Shown here: positions 1-9,946 of the stretch, piece after piece
Numbering within the stretch: position 1 is the first letter of the stretch
How the letters are laid out: each line of letters begins with the position of its first letter
Assembly: GCA_963779615.1 (NCBI GenBank)
Contig: CAVZZA010000004.1
Location: 128,001-192,000 of the forward strand
Length of the DNA stretch: 64,000 nucleotides
Source: an uncultured Nitrososphaeraceae archaeon
Lineage (GTDB): Archaea; Thermoproteota; Nitrososphaeria; Nitrososphaerales; Nitrososphaeraceae
Direction of reading: 5' to 3'
Notes under the pieces: model-generated
What the model saw: the letters and a program-made list of their open reading frames with translations, nothing else
Database searches by the model: none
What the model was told of the DNA's origin: nothing
Position numbers and translations under genes: made by a program

Positions 1-269
1 AATCTGAATTCTTTGCAAAAAACCAATATAAAATTTCACCAAAGCATTGTTTTTTGACCAAATTGATTACGCAACTACAATTCTAACAATATCATCAACA
101 TATGAATGGATTGCCTTTGATTTGGAATGTTAAGCGGAACATATAACAAAAATACCTTACCAGTGTAACCGCGACCAATATCAAATATGTTGGCGCCTGT
201 TTTTAGAAATGGCATGCAAAAATCTCTTGCGTAACGGTATCCATTCATAACATGGCCAAACTTTTTCAA
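1..269 (-). pseudogene. possible class I SAM methyltransferase remnant
   Basis: FLKTGANIFDIGRGYTG resembles a degenerate SAM motif I (ILDIGCGTG); the frame then stops early; runs to the window edge. Confidence 0.3.
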
Positions 270-494
270 TTAATTATTTTTTTGTAAATCATTCAAAACT
301 TGGTTTAGTGTTGATAAGTAATCTTTCAAAGTTTTTTAACAGGTCTATTCATGCGACAAGTTCCCAAAAGGAGAGTCATGGGTAAAACCATAAAAAAAGG
401 AAACTTGGTAACATTCCTGTTAAGAAGAATTTTGTATTGGTGTAACCTGTAGCTTTAATAAACTGATTGGACTAAACATTAATGAAAAAGATAT

Positions 495-1343
495 ATGGAC
501 AGACAAGAAAATGCTAAAAGAAAAGATGATAAAGATGACGCTGATAACAGTAATGCTGAACCCAAGGTTTTGGAGCAAGGGGATATATACTTCTTTTACA
601 GGCCTAAAAAAAATTCCCAAGAAGTAAAAGACATAGATGACATAAGGCGCTTTTTTATGGTTACTGCCCCTGAAAACAATTATAGTAATATCAAAGGTGA
701 AGGTGATAAAAATAAAAATCAATTTTATAGGTTATTTGTTATAGGCAAAAAGTCACTTCCAGAGATTAGAAAGAGCGAGGCTAGATCGTCTGAACGCTAC
801 TGGGCTAGAGTAGGGGGCATTTTCGAAGATAGGGATGAACTGACAAAAGAGCTTTTTTCTGAAGAATTTAGAAAAGGCGATGCTGCAAGGCCTGCGGGGG
901 TGGGCAAGTATTTAATAGTAGAGCATCAAAAGCATGCTGAGATTGCGTATATTCTTGGAACACCAGATGAACCTGGAGAAGCCCAAAAGGAATTGGGTAT
1001 AGAAAAGGAAGCAAGATATATAATTTCAGTCATAAACCCTAGCAGTCCAACGCCATCTGGTTATCCCAGTGCAGAAGAGTCGCCAAAATATCCTGCTAAG
1101 GTATTAAAGAAATTTAATGATAATGAGAATTTTGTATCTTTATCTAACGATACTGAACTAATAAACTATTTAAATGCCCAAATTGTCCTTATAGGGGCCG
1201 GGGAAGGAAAAGATACAATAAACAAAGACTTGGGAATAAACATCGAAGAAAAAAAAGACAAAATTGTCGACATATTAAAAAAACTTAACATTAAAAAGGG
1301 ACAGGTTCCAACGAAACCCCTGACCGAGGGAAAATTAGAATAA
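495..1343 (+). CDS. conserved hypothetical protein
   Basis: 282-aa ORF with globular motifs LEQGDIYFFYRPK, YRLFVIGKKSLP and GEAQKELGI; function unknown. Confidence 0.8.
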   Translation: MDRQENAKRKDDKDDADNSNAEPKVLEQGDIYFFYRPKKNSQEVKDIDDIRRFFMVTAPENNYSNIKGEGDKNKNQFYRLFVIGKKSLPEIRKSEARSSERYWARVGGIFEDRDELTKELFSEEFRKGDAARPAGVGKYLIVEHQKHAEIAYILGTPDEPGEAQKELGIEKEARYIISVINPSSPTPSGYPSAEESPKYPAKVLKKFNDNENFVSLSNDTELINYLNAQIVLIGAGEGKDTINKDLGINIEEKKDKIVDILKKLNIKKGQVPTKPLTEGKLE

Positions 1344-1658
1344 ATCATCTATTTTCCTGCAATAGGCTAATTCTTCCCCTTCTTTCTAGTCTATAAAATT
1401 TTTTGTACTTAACGGTGAAAATTATTATTCTTCTAATATGTTGTATCCATTAAAGTCAACAAACTGTGTGATGGACCGTCGGTATTGGTTCAAAATTACT
1501 TGATTATCGGTGTTATCCAAGATTTTGTTTTTTTGTATTTGATATTTTTGTTGTTAAAATCCTATAATTACTTTTCAAGAAACACCCTTTTTTATTCCTC
1601 ACTCTTGAGTTTGCAAAATTATGGATCTCGACTAAAAAACGATGGAAATATGGACACC

Positions 1659-1776
1659 TTCAACACCCAAAAAAGAAGATAAGGTAATAGAATATGAGAA
1701 AGCCACATGATTACCAAATTGTCATCATATTTTAACAATAATGAAAATTGCTAAAAATTTTTACTTATGGTTTCAA
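1659..1776 (-). repeat. 118-bp inverted repeat, copy A (partner 5979-6096)
   Basis: Reverse complement of 5979-6096 with 3 mismatches; holds the last codons of the EboF-like gene, the spacer and the first ~16 codons of the epimerase. Confidence 0.95.
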
Positions 1777-3166
1777 ATAGGTCAGTGCAATTCATAATAT
1801 TTTTACCGTTAAACAAGTTATTATTATTCGTATTCAGTTTTTTACTTGAAATGTACGCAGACAAACCTTCTCCTGTCTCTAAATTAAATGGCCTGCCATG
1901 AGACCCTTTAATTAAACTGGTATCAAAAGGTATGCTTTTTTTTGGGAGATCTATAAAAAGCTCCAAAGGATCATAACCTGGCTTTCTATGAATATCAACA
2001 GTTTTTGTAAAACTGGGAGCTTTTTCATCTTCTTTCCACCAATAGTAACTAAACCATTTATCCCTGCTTGAAATTGCAATAAGATCCCCACTTCGAGAAT
2101 TGTCAATTTTTAAGGCTCTTTTTTCTTTATCATCGCAAATTCCTTCGATACCTTGTACATCTTTTAATACCTCTTTAACATAATTTTTGTCTTCTGGCTT
2201 GTTCACAAATATGTGTGCTACTTGGTGGTCGACCACAGCAAAAGCCTTGCTATATTCAAAGTCAATGTATTCTTTATTTTTAATTGTTCTTGTAGCGAGT
2301 AATCTATTTTCTCTTAGAATCCTATTTATGGGTATCCCTTCATTAACATCATTAAATCCATATTCTGAAAAAAGGATAAACTCGGCATCATCAATCAATC
2401 CTAGTTTTTCAATCTTTTTTAAAATGGAATTAACGATTTCGTCTATTTTTTTTAGATCTTCATTAACCTGATTACTGCTTGGTCCATATTTTTGAGAAGT
2501 ATAATCCAATTGAGGTAAATAAGCAAATAGCAGGTTTGGTGTAATTTTTTCCAACGTATATTCAACAGATTTTGATATCCATTCGGTAGACTTAAAAGAT
2601 GAAAAAGGACCCCAGTAACTATAAAGATCAAACTCACCAATATTTTGGGCCACTTCTTCATAATAATTGGGAGGTCTTGAATAGCACCACATATCCATGG
2701 AGCCATTTTCCAAATGAATCGGACGCGGTGTAATTATAACATCAGAATTTGCAAACATGGTGTTTTGCCAAAACAAAACTGCAGTTTTTATATCACTGTT
2801 TTTTTTCTTTAATGTATCCCATATTCTTTCAGTTTGTACTAATTTGGCTGACTGTTCCCAAAACAAAACTTGGCAGTTTTCCCGATCGTATAACCCATTA
2901 GAAATTATTCCATGCTTAGCAGGATACTCTCCCGACAATACGCTTGCTTGAATGGTTGATGTGACGGAAGGAAATACGGGTTTTAAATAACCATATTCGC
3001 CATTATTTGCAATATTTGAAATAGTTGGAATCAAACCTGAAGAAACGTGAGAAACATCTAACCCAACGATATCCAAGACAACCAAATATTTTGATTTGCT
3101 ATCTGTTTTATTATTCAAATGACTGTTAATATTATTTGTATATTGCTTATTAAGTGATAGATACAA
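1751..3166 (-). CDS. alkaline phosphatase superfamily nucleotide pyrophosphatase/phosphodiesterase (EboF-like)
   Basis: VVLDIVGL, PVFPSVT (catalytic Thr), HGIISNG, LDYTSQKYGP, SEYG, DIHRKPGYDPLELF, KGSHG. Confidence 0.85.
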   Translation of the reverse strand: MYLSLNKQYTNNINSHLNNKTDSKSKYLVVLDIVGLDVSHVSSGLIPTISNIANNGEYGYLKPVFPSVTSTIQASVLSGEYPAKHGIISNGLYDRENCQVLFWEQSAKLVQTERIWDTLKKKNSDIKTAVLFWQNTMFANSDVIITPRPIHLENGSMDMWCYSRPPNYYEEVAQNIGEFDLYSYWGPFSSFKSTEWISKSVEYTLEKITPNLLFAYLPQLDYTSQKYGPSSNQVNEDLKKIDEIVNSILKKIEKLGLIDDAEFILFSEYGFNDVNEGIPINRILRENRLLATRTIKNKEYIDFEYSKAFAVVDHQVAHIFVNKPEDKNYVKEVLKDVQGIEGICDDKEKRALKIDNSRSGDLIAISSRDKWFSYYWWKEDEKAPSFTKTVDIHRKPGYDPLELFIDLPKKSIPFDTSLIKGSHGRPFNLETGEGLSAYISSKKLNTNNNNLFNGKNIMNCTDLFETISKNF

Positions 3167-3174
3167 TTGTTAAA

Positions 3175-3350
3175 CGCTGCGAGTTTATGCAATATCCTTT
3201 CCTTGCTGTAATAACCTACAAATATTCAAAGGCGTTTCTAAACATGTCAGAGCTTTTGGTTTTTTCCTTTTTAAATGCAAACTAGTCTTCAAAACCTTGT
3301 ATCCTGTTCTTGATGTATTTCTGAGCTATTCCACAAATACTTTCCCCTAC
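3175..3350 (-). mobile_element. IS6-family transposase C-terminal remnant (second copy, opposite strand)
   Basis: Minus strand reads IAQKYIKNRIQGFED*FAFKKEK, similar to YIKDRTE*FDDYFPFKKKKC of the adjacent IS6 copy. Confidence 0.55.
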
Positions 3351-3462
3351 CGAAAATTGAGGACAGTGACTTTTAATAATTAAAAAAGCATATGATAGCA
3401 GAAGGTATGTTACCTTATAATACAGTATACATGCTCTTTGCACTTAACGATAAGGCTACATC

Positions 3463-4103
3463 TTGGATATACCTATTTCCATTGTGTTTAGTAGAAACAG
3501 GACACCTTCAGTGCATATTGGCTACGGATTGTGTTTTTATTTTTCAGGTCTGTCTTTAAGAAGAACCTCTCAAATACTGTCCTCGTACTTTATCAAACGA
3601 AACCATGTTTCCATCCGGAACTGGATACAAAAGCACAAACCAAAGAAAATCCTGTCAAAGAAAAAGAAGGTGGAGGACTTTTGTCGTTGACGAGAAATTC
3701 CATAAAATTGATTCAGAGTTGGTATGGCTTTGGGTAGCAATTGAACCCAAGAACAAAGAAATCCTTCAAGTGAGTATATCCATGGAAAGGAATATGTTTG
3801 TGGCCTAGCACTTTCTGTTAGGCATTTTAGAGGAACATGGGAAACACCCTGTTTCGACTGATGGTGGAGTGGAGCATGGTACCCACAAGCATGCAGATTC
3901 CTGAGGGTGAGGCACCATGTCCATTCCCCTCATGAGAAGAGATGCATTGAACTTAAAATGCATTATATAAAGGACAGAACGGAATGATTTGATGATTATT
4001 TTCCTTTCAAAAAGAAGAAATGCAAACTAAAGCACGAAATCAATTGGCTAAACCTTTTCTTAGATTTTCATAACTGGGAAATGAATCTTGAATGAGCAGA
4101 GCC
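3463..4103 (+). mobile_element. IS6-family transposase pseudogene
   Basis: RNRTPS..YFSGLSLR, RNHVSIRNWIQK, VVDE, WLWVAIEP, HPVSTDGG and YIKDRTE*FDDYFP across frameshifts and stops; candidate right end TGAGCAGAGCC at 4093-4103. Confidence 0.85.
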
Positions 4104-4174
4104 AATATGCAAAAATACATCCGATAACATAAAATTCGAACACTATAAATTCCTACAACAGAGATTAAAAAGAT

Positions 4175-4516
4175 ATGTCATATGTATCTGATGATCGAAA
4201 CTATACTGACCCTTCTCAATCAGGGGTTGATGCAACAACTAAACGGGTAGGGGATACAACAGGCGAACCACCCACAAATGAGGCACCCAACAGAGAAACT
4301 GCATCAAAAATGGCAAATCTACTGGAAGGTTTACAATTTCCCGCAACCAAAGAAGACATAAAAAACCATATAAACAGAAAGTCTCCATCTATGGGAAATA
4401 GAATCAATGATGTTTTTGAATCTGTACAGAACAACCTTGAAGATGGGGTTGCATATGAAAGCGTCTATGCTATTGAACTAGCGGCTAGATTGGTGGAGAA
4501 AAGGGAATGGGAATGA
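4175..4516 (+). CDS. DUF2795-domain protein
   Basis: LEGLQFPATKEDIKNHI matches the DUF2795 L-G--FPA-K-D motif; disordered N-terminus. Confidence 0.7.
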   Translation: MSYVSDDRNYTDPSQSGVDATTKRVGDTTGEPPTNEAPNRETASKMANLLEGLQFPATKEDIKNHINRKSPSMGNRINDVFESVQNNLEDGVAYESVYAIELAARLVEKREWE

Positions 4517-4801
4517 ATGTGTATCTAAATAATAGAAACACCAATATAATTTATTTATTACCACCAGTTATCGATTAACTAGGCAATACTATTGTAATGC
4601 ATAATTTATGGTGGTGCTTAAATCACAATAATAAGATAAAGACGTTTTACCTGCAATAAAAATATGCTATGAGTTTAAATGCGGAAAAAACATACAAAGT
4701 ATTTACAAATAAACTTGTTATGAGTATTGACTTTGAACGTTTTATCTTTTCTATTCCAGACCGCGTGTAACCTTAAATTCCAAGTACGTTGAGTTTATAT
4801 C

Positions 4802-4860
4802 ACCTTGGAAAAATTGTCCGCTTTGGGAATCAATAAACTAGACATGTTTGGCGAACATGA
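4802..4860 (+). repeat. 59-bp direct copy of an epimerase 5' segment (partner 6109-6167)
   Basis: ACCTTGGAAAAATTGTCCGCTTTGGGA...ATGTTTGGCGAAC matches 6109-6167 with 3 mismatches. Confidence 0.9.
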
Positions 4861-5261
4861 ATCTAATTTATCAAATTTAAATTGCCACTAGATACAATAT
4901 TCAAAGCTCACTCAAAACAACTTGTGACCTATATCTTTCGCAAACAAAAATATAAAAACTATAGAAAACAGTTTAAAATTTCAACATGATTGTAAATAGA
5001 AAAAAATATAGATATAGTTATAATACTATCCCATTATGTCTTCTGCGGTACATTCTTTTATTATCGATAAGAATTCTGGAACTATCAAAAAAAAAGATAG
5101 AATAAAAAAATATGTTTATTCTCACTTATTTGTTATAAAATATTTGTGGAGTAATGGAATTGAATTAATGATAGAATATAAAGAAAGTTCTTTACCTCAA
5201 AACATGGACAGAGTAAGAGTTGCTTTTAATATACAAAAGAATCAATTTGTAATGTGGTGAT

Positions 5262-5729
5262 GTGAATTATATGATTAGACGAATGCTGGACATTCTTGTA
5301 TGTCCTTTTGATAAAGAATCTAAATTGGAGTTATTTGAGATTGAATCGAGGGTTCCCCAAAAAGATGAGGAGAACCTCAAAAAGGTTTTGGCACAAAAAT
5401 TCACAGATGATGTTCAACAAAACAAAAGTAAACAGAAAAACAATGATATGGAATCTGGTTCTATTCGTAATGAATATGAAGAGAGGGAAAAAAATAAAAT
5501 TGATGCCTATTCAGATGATCCTTTTACAGACGCTGAATATGACATTGTAATTGAGGAAGGAATATTGTTTTGCAATCGTTGTTTTAGATTTTTTCCCATA
5601 GTTGAAGAAATTCCAATTATTTTACCAGATGAGATCCGAGATAAAAATAAGGATCTTGAATTATTAAAGAAATGGAGTAACTCTTTACCTGAAAAAGTCG
5701 TCAAAGAGGCCCTGCCTTGGCATCTTTAA
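5262..5729 (+). CDS. Trm112-like protein (methyltransferase activator family) with a long charged insertion
   Basis: MLDILVCPFDK...LELFE and IEEGILFCNRCFRFFPIVEEIPIILPDE. Confidence 0.8.
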   Translation: MNYMIRRMLDILVCPFDKESKLELFEIESRVPQKDEENLKKVLAQKFTDDVQQNKSKQKNNDMESGSIRNEYEEREKNKIDAYSDDPFTDAEYDIVIEEGILFCNRCFRFFPIVEEIPIILPDEIRDKNKDLELLKKWSNSLPEKVVKEALPWHL

Positions 5730-5978
5730 ATCTGTTTGTACTCGTATGGTGAATGTCGTTTTCCTGCGAATTCCGTTTGATTATTATTCGCTGTATTGAT
5801 CGCCTATAAGATTAAATCTCGTAATTCTTTTTAGTCTAATTGCAAATCTTCTTTTTTTTAAATGATATCCGAATCGTGTTAAATCTAGACCCCATTCTAA
5901 TGGTTTTGTGGTTTCTTTTTTTATTGGATTGCTGTTTTTATCGATATGAACTGTTATAAAATGAAAGGTACAACCCAA

Positions 5979-6096
5979 TTGAAACCATAAATAAAAATTT
6001 TTAGCAATTTTCATTATTGTTAAAATATGATGACAATTTGGTAATCATGTGGCTTTCTCATATTCTATTACCTTATCTTCTTTTTTAGATGTTGAA
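5979..6096 (+). repeat. 118-bp inverted repeat, copy B (partner 1659-1776)
   Basis: Begins with an orphan copy of the EboF-like C-terminus (ETINKNF*) directly upstream of the epimerase start. Confidence 0.95.
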
Positions 6097-6885
6097 CGTA
6101 TCTGTATTACCTTGGAAAAATTGTCCGCTTTGGGATTCAATAAACTAGAGATGTTTGGCGAACCTGATGATGTAGATTTGAAATACATTAGTGATATTAT
6201 GCTATCTTTTAATTTTAAAATTATAGGTGTTACTGGAATGTGGGGTAAAATAAGCCCCTTAGGATGGAAACGGAGAATTTTAAGCAATGATTTCTCTTTT
6301 AGAAAATATTCTGAAAATTATTTAATTAAGTGTATTGAAATGTGTGACTACCTTGGAGGAAATGAAATAAATGTTTGTTTATTTTCAGATCCTGTAAATT
6401 CATTTGATACGACTCATCGGTTTATTCCAAAAGACGCCAAAAGAAGTATTCTTTCAAAAAGTTTTCAGATGTTGAAGTATTTATCAAAAAGGTCACATGA
6501 GCACAGAATTAAGTTATTATTGGAGCCTTTGAATCGTTATTCTACACCCTTTTGTTCAAATCTTGAGGATTCATTATTTGTATTGGAAAATTGCGAAAAT
6601 TTAGGGTTGATGTTAGATACGTTTCACATGAACATTGAAGAGGATTCTTTCAAAGACACCATCATAAAATCAAAAGACTTTTTACAACATTTGCATTTTG
6701 CTGATAATAATAGAAAAATGCCTGGATTTGGCCATATAGATTTTGATGGTATTGTTTCATCTTTGAAAAAGATATCATATTCTAATACAATTAGTTACGA
6801 ACCCACTTTTTCAGATGCCAATTACGAAGAGGATTTAATTTTTGGGAAAAATTTTATAGAAACTTTAGAGTCAAAATATAAATAA
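6049..6885 (+). CDS. sugar phosphate isomerase/epimerase (xylose isomerase-like TIM barrel, ketose 3-epimerase-like)
   Basis: LLLEPLNRY, LMLDTFHMNIEE, HLHFADNNRKMPGFGHIDF and ISYE metal ligands. Confidence 0.88.
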   Translation: MAFSYSITLSSFLDVERICITLEKLSALGFNKLEMFGEPDDVDLKYISDIMLSFNFKIIGVTGMWGKISPLGWKRRILSNDFSFRKYSENYLIKCIEMCDYLGGNEINVCLFSDPVNSFDTTHRFIPKDAKRSILSKSFQMLKYLSKRSHEHRIKLLLEPLNRYSTPFCSNLEDSLFVLENCENLGLMLDTFHMNIEEDSFKDTIIKSKDFLQHLHFADNNRKMPGFGHIDFDGIVSSLKKISYSNTISYEPTFSDANYEEDLIFGKNFIETLESKYK

Positions 6886-7023
6886 AGTTTTATCAATTTA
6901 TTTTACATTTTGTATAAAGTTTGATATTATTTATAATAGTTATATAAGTTAATAATCATTTTTATATCATAAATAAATTTTATTAAAAAATATTTATTAA
7001 TATAGGAGGTTAATTTATTTTGG

Positions 7024-7266
7024 TTGTTGCGAATGAGTGAAGCTTACTTATTATTGAATGTAAATTTTAAAAAACAAAACGATGTAATCGAAAAAATAAA
7101 TCAAATATCAACCACAGTAAAATCTGTAAAAACAGTCTATGGTATCCATGATATTTTAGTTATTCTGGAATCTGAAGATTTGCAAGAAGTAAAAAACGAT
7201 ATCGATAACAATTTCTATACTATAGAGGGAATTGAAAACATTACAACATTAATTTCGGTGTCTTAA
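7024..7266 (+). CDS. Lrp/AsnC ligand-binding (RAM) domain protein
   Basis: EAYLLLNV...VYGIHDILVILE...IEGIENITTLI; no HTH; real start may be the ATG at 7033. Confidence 0.8.
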   Translation: MLRMSEAYLLLNVNFKKQNDVIEKINQISTTVKSVKTVYGIHDILVILESEDLQEVKNDIDNNFYTIEGIENITTLISVS

Positions 7267-7267
7267 T

Positions 7268-8344
7268 TTGGCCGTTGAAGAATACGAGGTAGTGGTAATA
7301 GGAGCTGGCCCGGCTGGACTTTCAGCAGGTATATTTGTAGCAAGACAAAGAACAAAGTGTCTTGTTATTTCAAAAGATCTTGGAGGACAACTGAACCTTA
7401 TCCCCAAATTGGAAAACTATCCCGGTACTATAATGTCAAGTGGACCCCTTCTGGCCAGAACATTGGAGAATCAATATCTGGCCTTTAATGGGGAGATGAT
7501 CTATGATACTGTTGAAAATATTAGTGAATTTGAAAAAGAAAGTGAAGTCGAAAAAGAAATATCATTAACTGCTCACGGAGGTTCGTCAGTAGGGCACTTA
7601 GGAGAAGAGGAAAAAGAAAATAAAAAAGGTATGGGTTTCTTAAAAGTAAAAACTTTACGTTCAGAATACCTTGCCAAAGCTGTTATTATTGCTCCGGGAA
7701 AGGTTCCAAACAATCTTGGAGTAGAAAATGAGATTAGATTTCAAAACAAAGGTGTACATTATTGTACAAAATGCGATGCTCCTTTTTATCAGGGTAGAAC
7801 TACTGCGACTGTTGGAGTTGGAGGATATCTTGTGGAATCGGGAATATTGTTATCTCGTATGGCGTCCAAAGTTTATCTTGTTTACAGGGGAGGTCAGCTT
7901 GGTGGCGATAAAGACCTGATAGAGTCTCTAAAGAAAAAAAACAATGTTGAGCTGATGCCAAATACATCTATAAAATCTATTTCCGGAAATAATGTTTTAC
8001 AACAAATAACTTTGAAAGACAGCTCGGGAGACGAACAAACAATTAACGTGGATGGGTTATTTGTTGAAATGGGTTCGAAAATTAATTTAGATCATGCAAA
8101 ACATCTCGTTAAAATTAATTCAAAAGGGGAAATTGAAGTATCTGAAGGGGGTAAAACTACCCATCCAGCAATATTTGCTGCAGGTGATGCCACAAATATT
8201 CCCTACAAGCAAATTGTTGCTGCTTGTGGGGATGGAGCCGCTGCCGGTATTTCGGCATTCAATTACATTGAAAAATTAAAGGGCAAACCAGGAATCCGTT
8301 CTGATTGGAAGAAAACCATCGGAGATACTATTTTTCATTATTGA
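7268..8344 (+). CDS. trxB: thioredoxin reductase-like FAD-dependent oxidoreductase
   Basis: VVVIGAGPAGLSA, ENYPG, GVHYCTKCDAPFY (CxxC), IFAAGDAT. Confidence 0.88.
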   Translation: MAVEEYEVVVIGAGPAGLSAGIFVARQRTKCLVISKDLGGQLNLIPKLENYPGTIMSSGPLLARTLENQYLAFNGEMIYDTVENISEFEKESEVEKEISLTAHGGSSVGHLGEEEKENKKGMGFLKVKTLRSEYLAKAVIIAPGKVPNNLGVENEIRFQNKGVHYCTKCDAPFYQGRTTATVGVGGYLVESGILLSRMASKVYLVYRGGQLGGDKDLIESLKKKNNVELMPNTSIKSISGNNVLQQITLKDSSGDEQTINVDGLFVEMGSKINLDHAKHLVKINSKGEIEVSEGGKTTHPAIFAAGDATNIPYKQIVAACGDGAAAGISAFNYIEKLKGKPGIRSDWKKTIGDTIFHY

Positions 8345-8619
8345 TAACAAAGTTTAGTGTTTTTAAAATTATCATCATTTGAGTATATTGATGCATGATG
8401 ATGCTAATTGTTCAATTAACTTTATAGCATTTTTTCACTGTGGAGTATTTGTTTGCCAAAATCAAACAAATTGGGATCTATATTATCCAAACGAGTCCAT
8501 ATCGACATGATTTATTTGCTATTGAAGAAAAACTATATTAATGAATTTAGAGTGGTAAAGGCTTAAGTTAACAAATACCTGCATACTGTTATTTGTTTTT
8601 TCAATAATGTTGATAAACA

Positions 8620-8865
8620 CTAATTGAAATAATTCTGCTCTTTTTCTTTATAAACCTCTCTGTTTTGTCTGTAAAACTCATTTAGTGATTGTTTATTTTT
8701 ATCATATTCATGCAATATAATAAAAATTGTTAATTTCAAAAATTCATCCATGGTTTCTGAATCAATTGTATTCGATTCATATAATTCTTTAACAATTTTA
8801 TCTAGCTTATTTATATCATTATTATCCAAATAAAATTCAATTTTATTTTTTTCTGTATGATCCAT
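8620..8865 (-). CDS. hypothetical protein
   Basis: 81-aa ATG ORF, charged and helical; no recognised motif. Confidence 0.55.
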   Translation of the reverse strand: MDHTEKNKIEFYLDNNDINKLDKIVKELYESNTIDSETMDEFLKLTIFIILHEYDKNKQSLNEFYRQNREVYKEKEQNYFN

Positions 8866-9059
8866 ATATTTTATTATGTTGTTATTTGCATCTATATCTT
8901 TTTGTTATTTCTTATAACAAATAATGTTTGGGAACTACAATATTGAGGAACTCTGCAATCATCAAGAAAGTATACGATATTAACAATTGCTTTCTTTTGT
9001 TTTTTTATTATCCATACAAGATGTTTTGATCTTTGGTGGCTTATATAAGACAATAATTT

Positions 9060-9820
9060 AATGAATAACAATTTTTATCCATTGCCTTCATTATGGCCTA
9101 ATATGGTAAAAAGTTCACACTCCCTTTAATTATAATATAAGTATCCAAACATCAGTGAACATGATTCTACACATCCATTTTAAATGGTTATTTGTAGCCG
9201 TCAGAGTGAACAGTTATTTTCAGAGTACCTAGATCTGTTTTAATGAGTGGCAGGTGAGGGGGCCCCGATTTGCAAAGATGACCTCCTAAGCACCAAATGG
9301 ATTAATGTTTTGCCATTTTGGAAACGCTGATAATGGTAAAAAATTTTAATGACGTACGTTAATCCCTAAATAGGTGTCTATTAAGGGTAATGATCCCAAA
9401 TTTGATATTTATTATTCATTTTTTGGGGTTTACAAGCAAGCCCCATGATTCAGTAATTAATTATATTGAATGGTTTGGCAATAATGGCACCCAGCCGGGA
9501 TGGTTGGTATAATTTTAATGGTAAAAATGTAATATTGTTGATTGGGTATTCAATTACTGTAAAAGGTGACGTATAGGTTCAGGATAATAACGCGATGTCC
9601 CTTAGGGTGTTATAGCCAATCTGAGCCAGGATGAATACTGACCCTAAAGATTGGGAATTGCCTTGAAAAACAAATTCAGTATTATTTGACGATTATACTA
9701 GTATATCGGAGAAATATCAAAAACTAGGCATGGGTAATTAGGTTATGATATGGATATAAAAATGGAAAAAGTCGTCGATGATGATGATGATGATGAGGGT
9801 ATGGTTCTAGTAAAATTCAT
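9060..9820 (-). pseudogene. possible degraded secreted-protein gene
   Basis: ATG at 9820 gives MNFTRTIPSSSSSSSTTFSIFISIS* (TCA microsatellite), then coding-like fragments (TEFVFQGNSQSLGSVF, LGTLKITVHSDG) broken by stops. Confidence 0.3.
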
Positions 9821-9946
9821 CTCATTTTTACTAGGTAGTATAAATTTAATCTTCAATTAGAATTATCAATTAAATTAAATTTAATATTTGTTATTAACTC
9901 ATTCTTCAAATGTATTATAAATTATGAAATATATCTTTTGATGTAT

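Noticed and set aside
347-360. ATTCATGCGACAAG resembling the MITE TIR
   Set aside because: Several mismatches, no partner end and no TSD.
1485-1682. 65-aa ORF on +
   Set aside because: AT-rich, no motif, overlaps the repeat stub; probably spurious.
5036-5260. 74-aa ORF upstream of the Trm112-like gene
   Set aside because: Very AT-rich with no recognisable motif; cannot support it.
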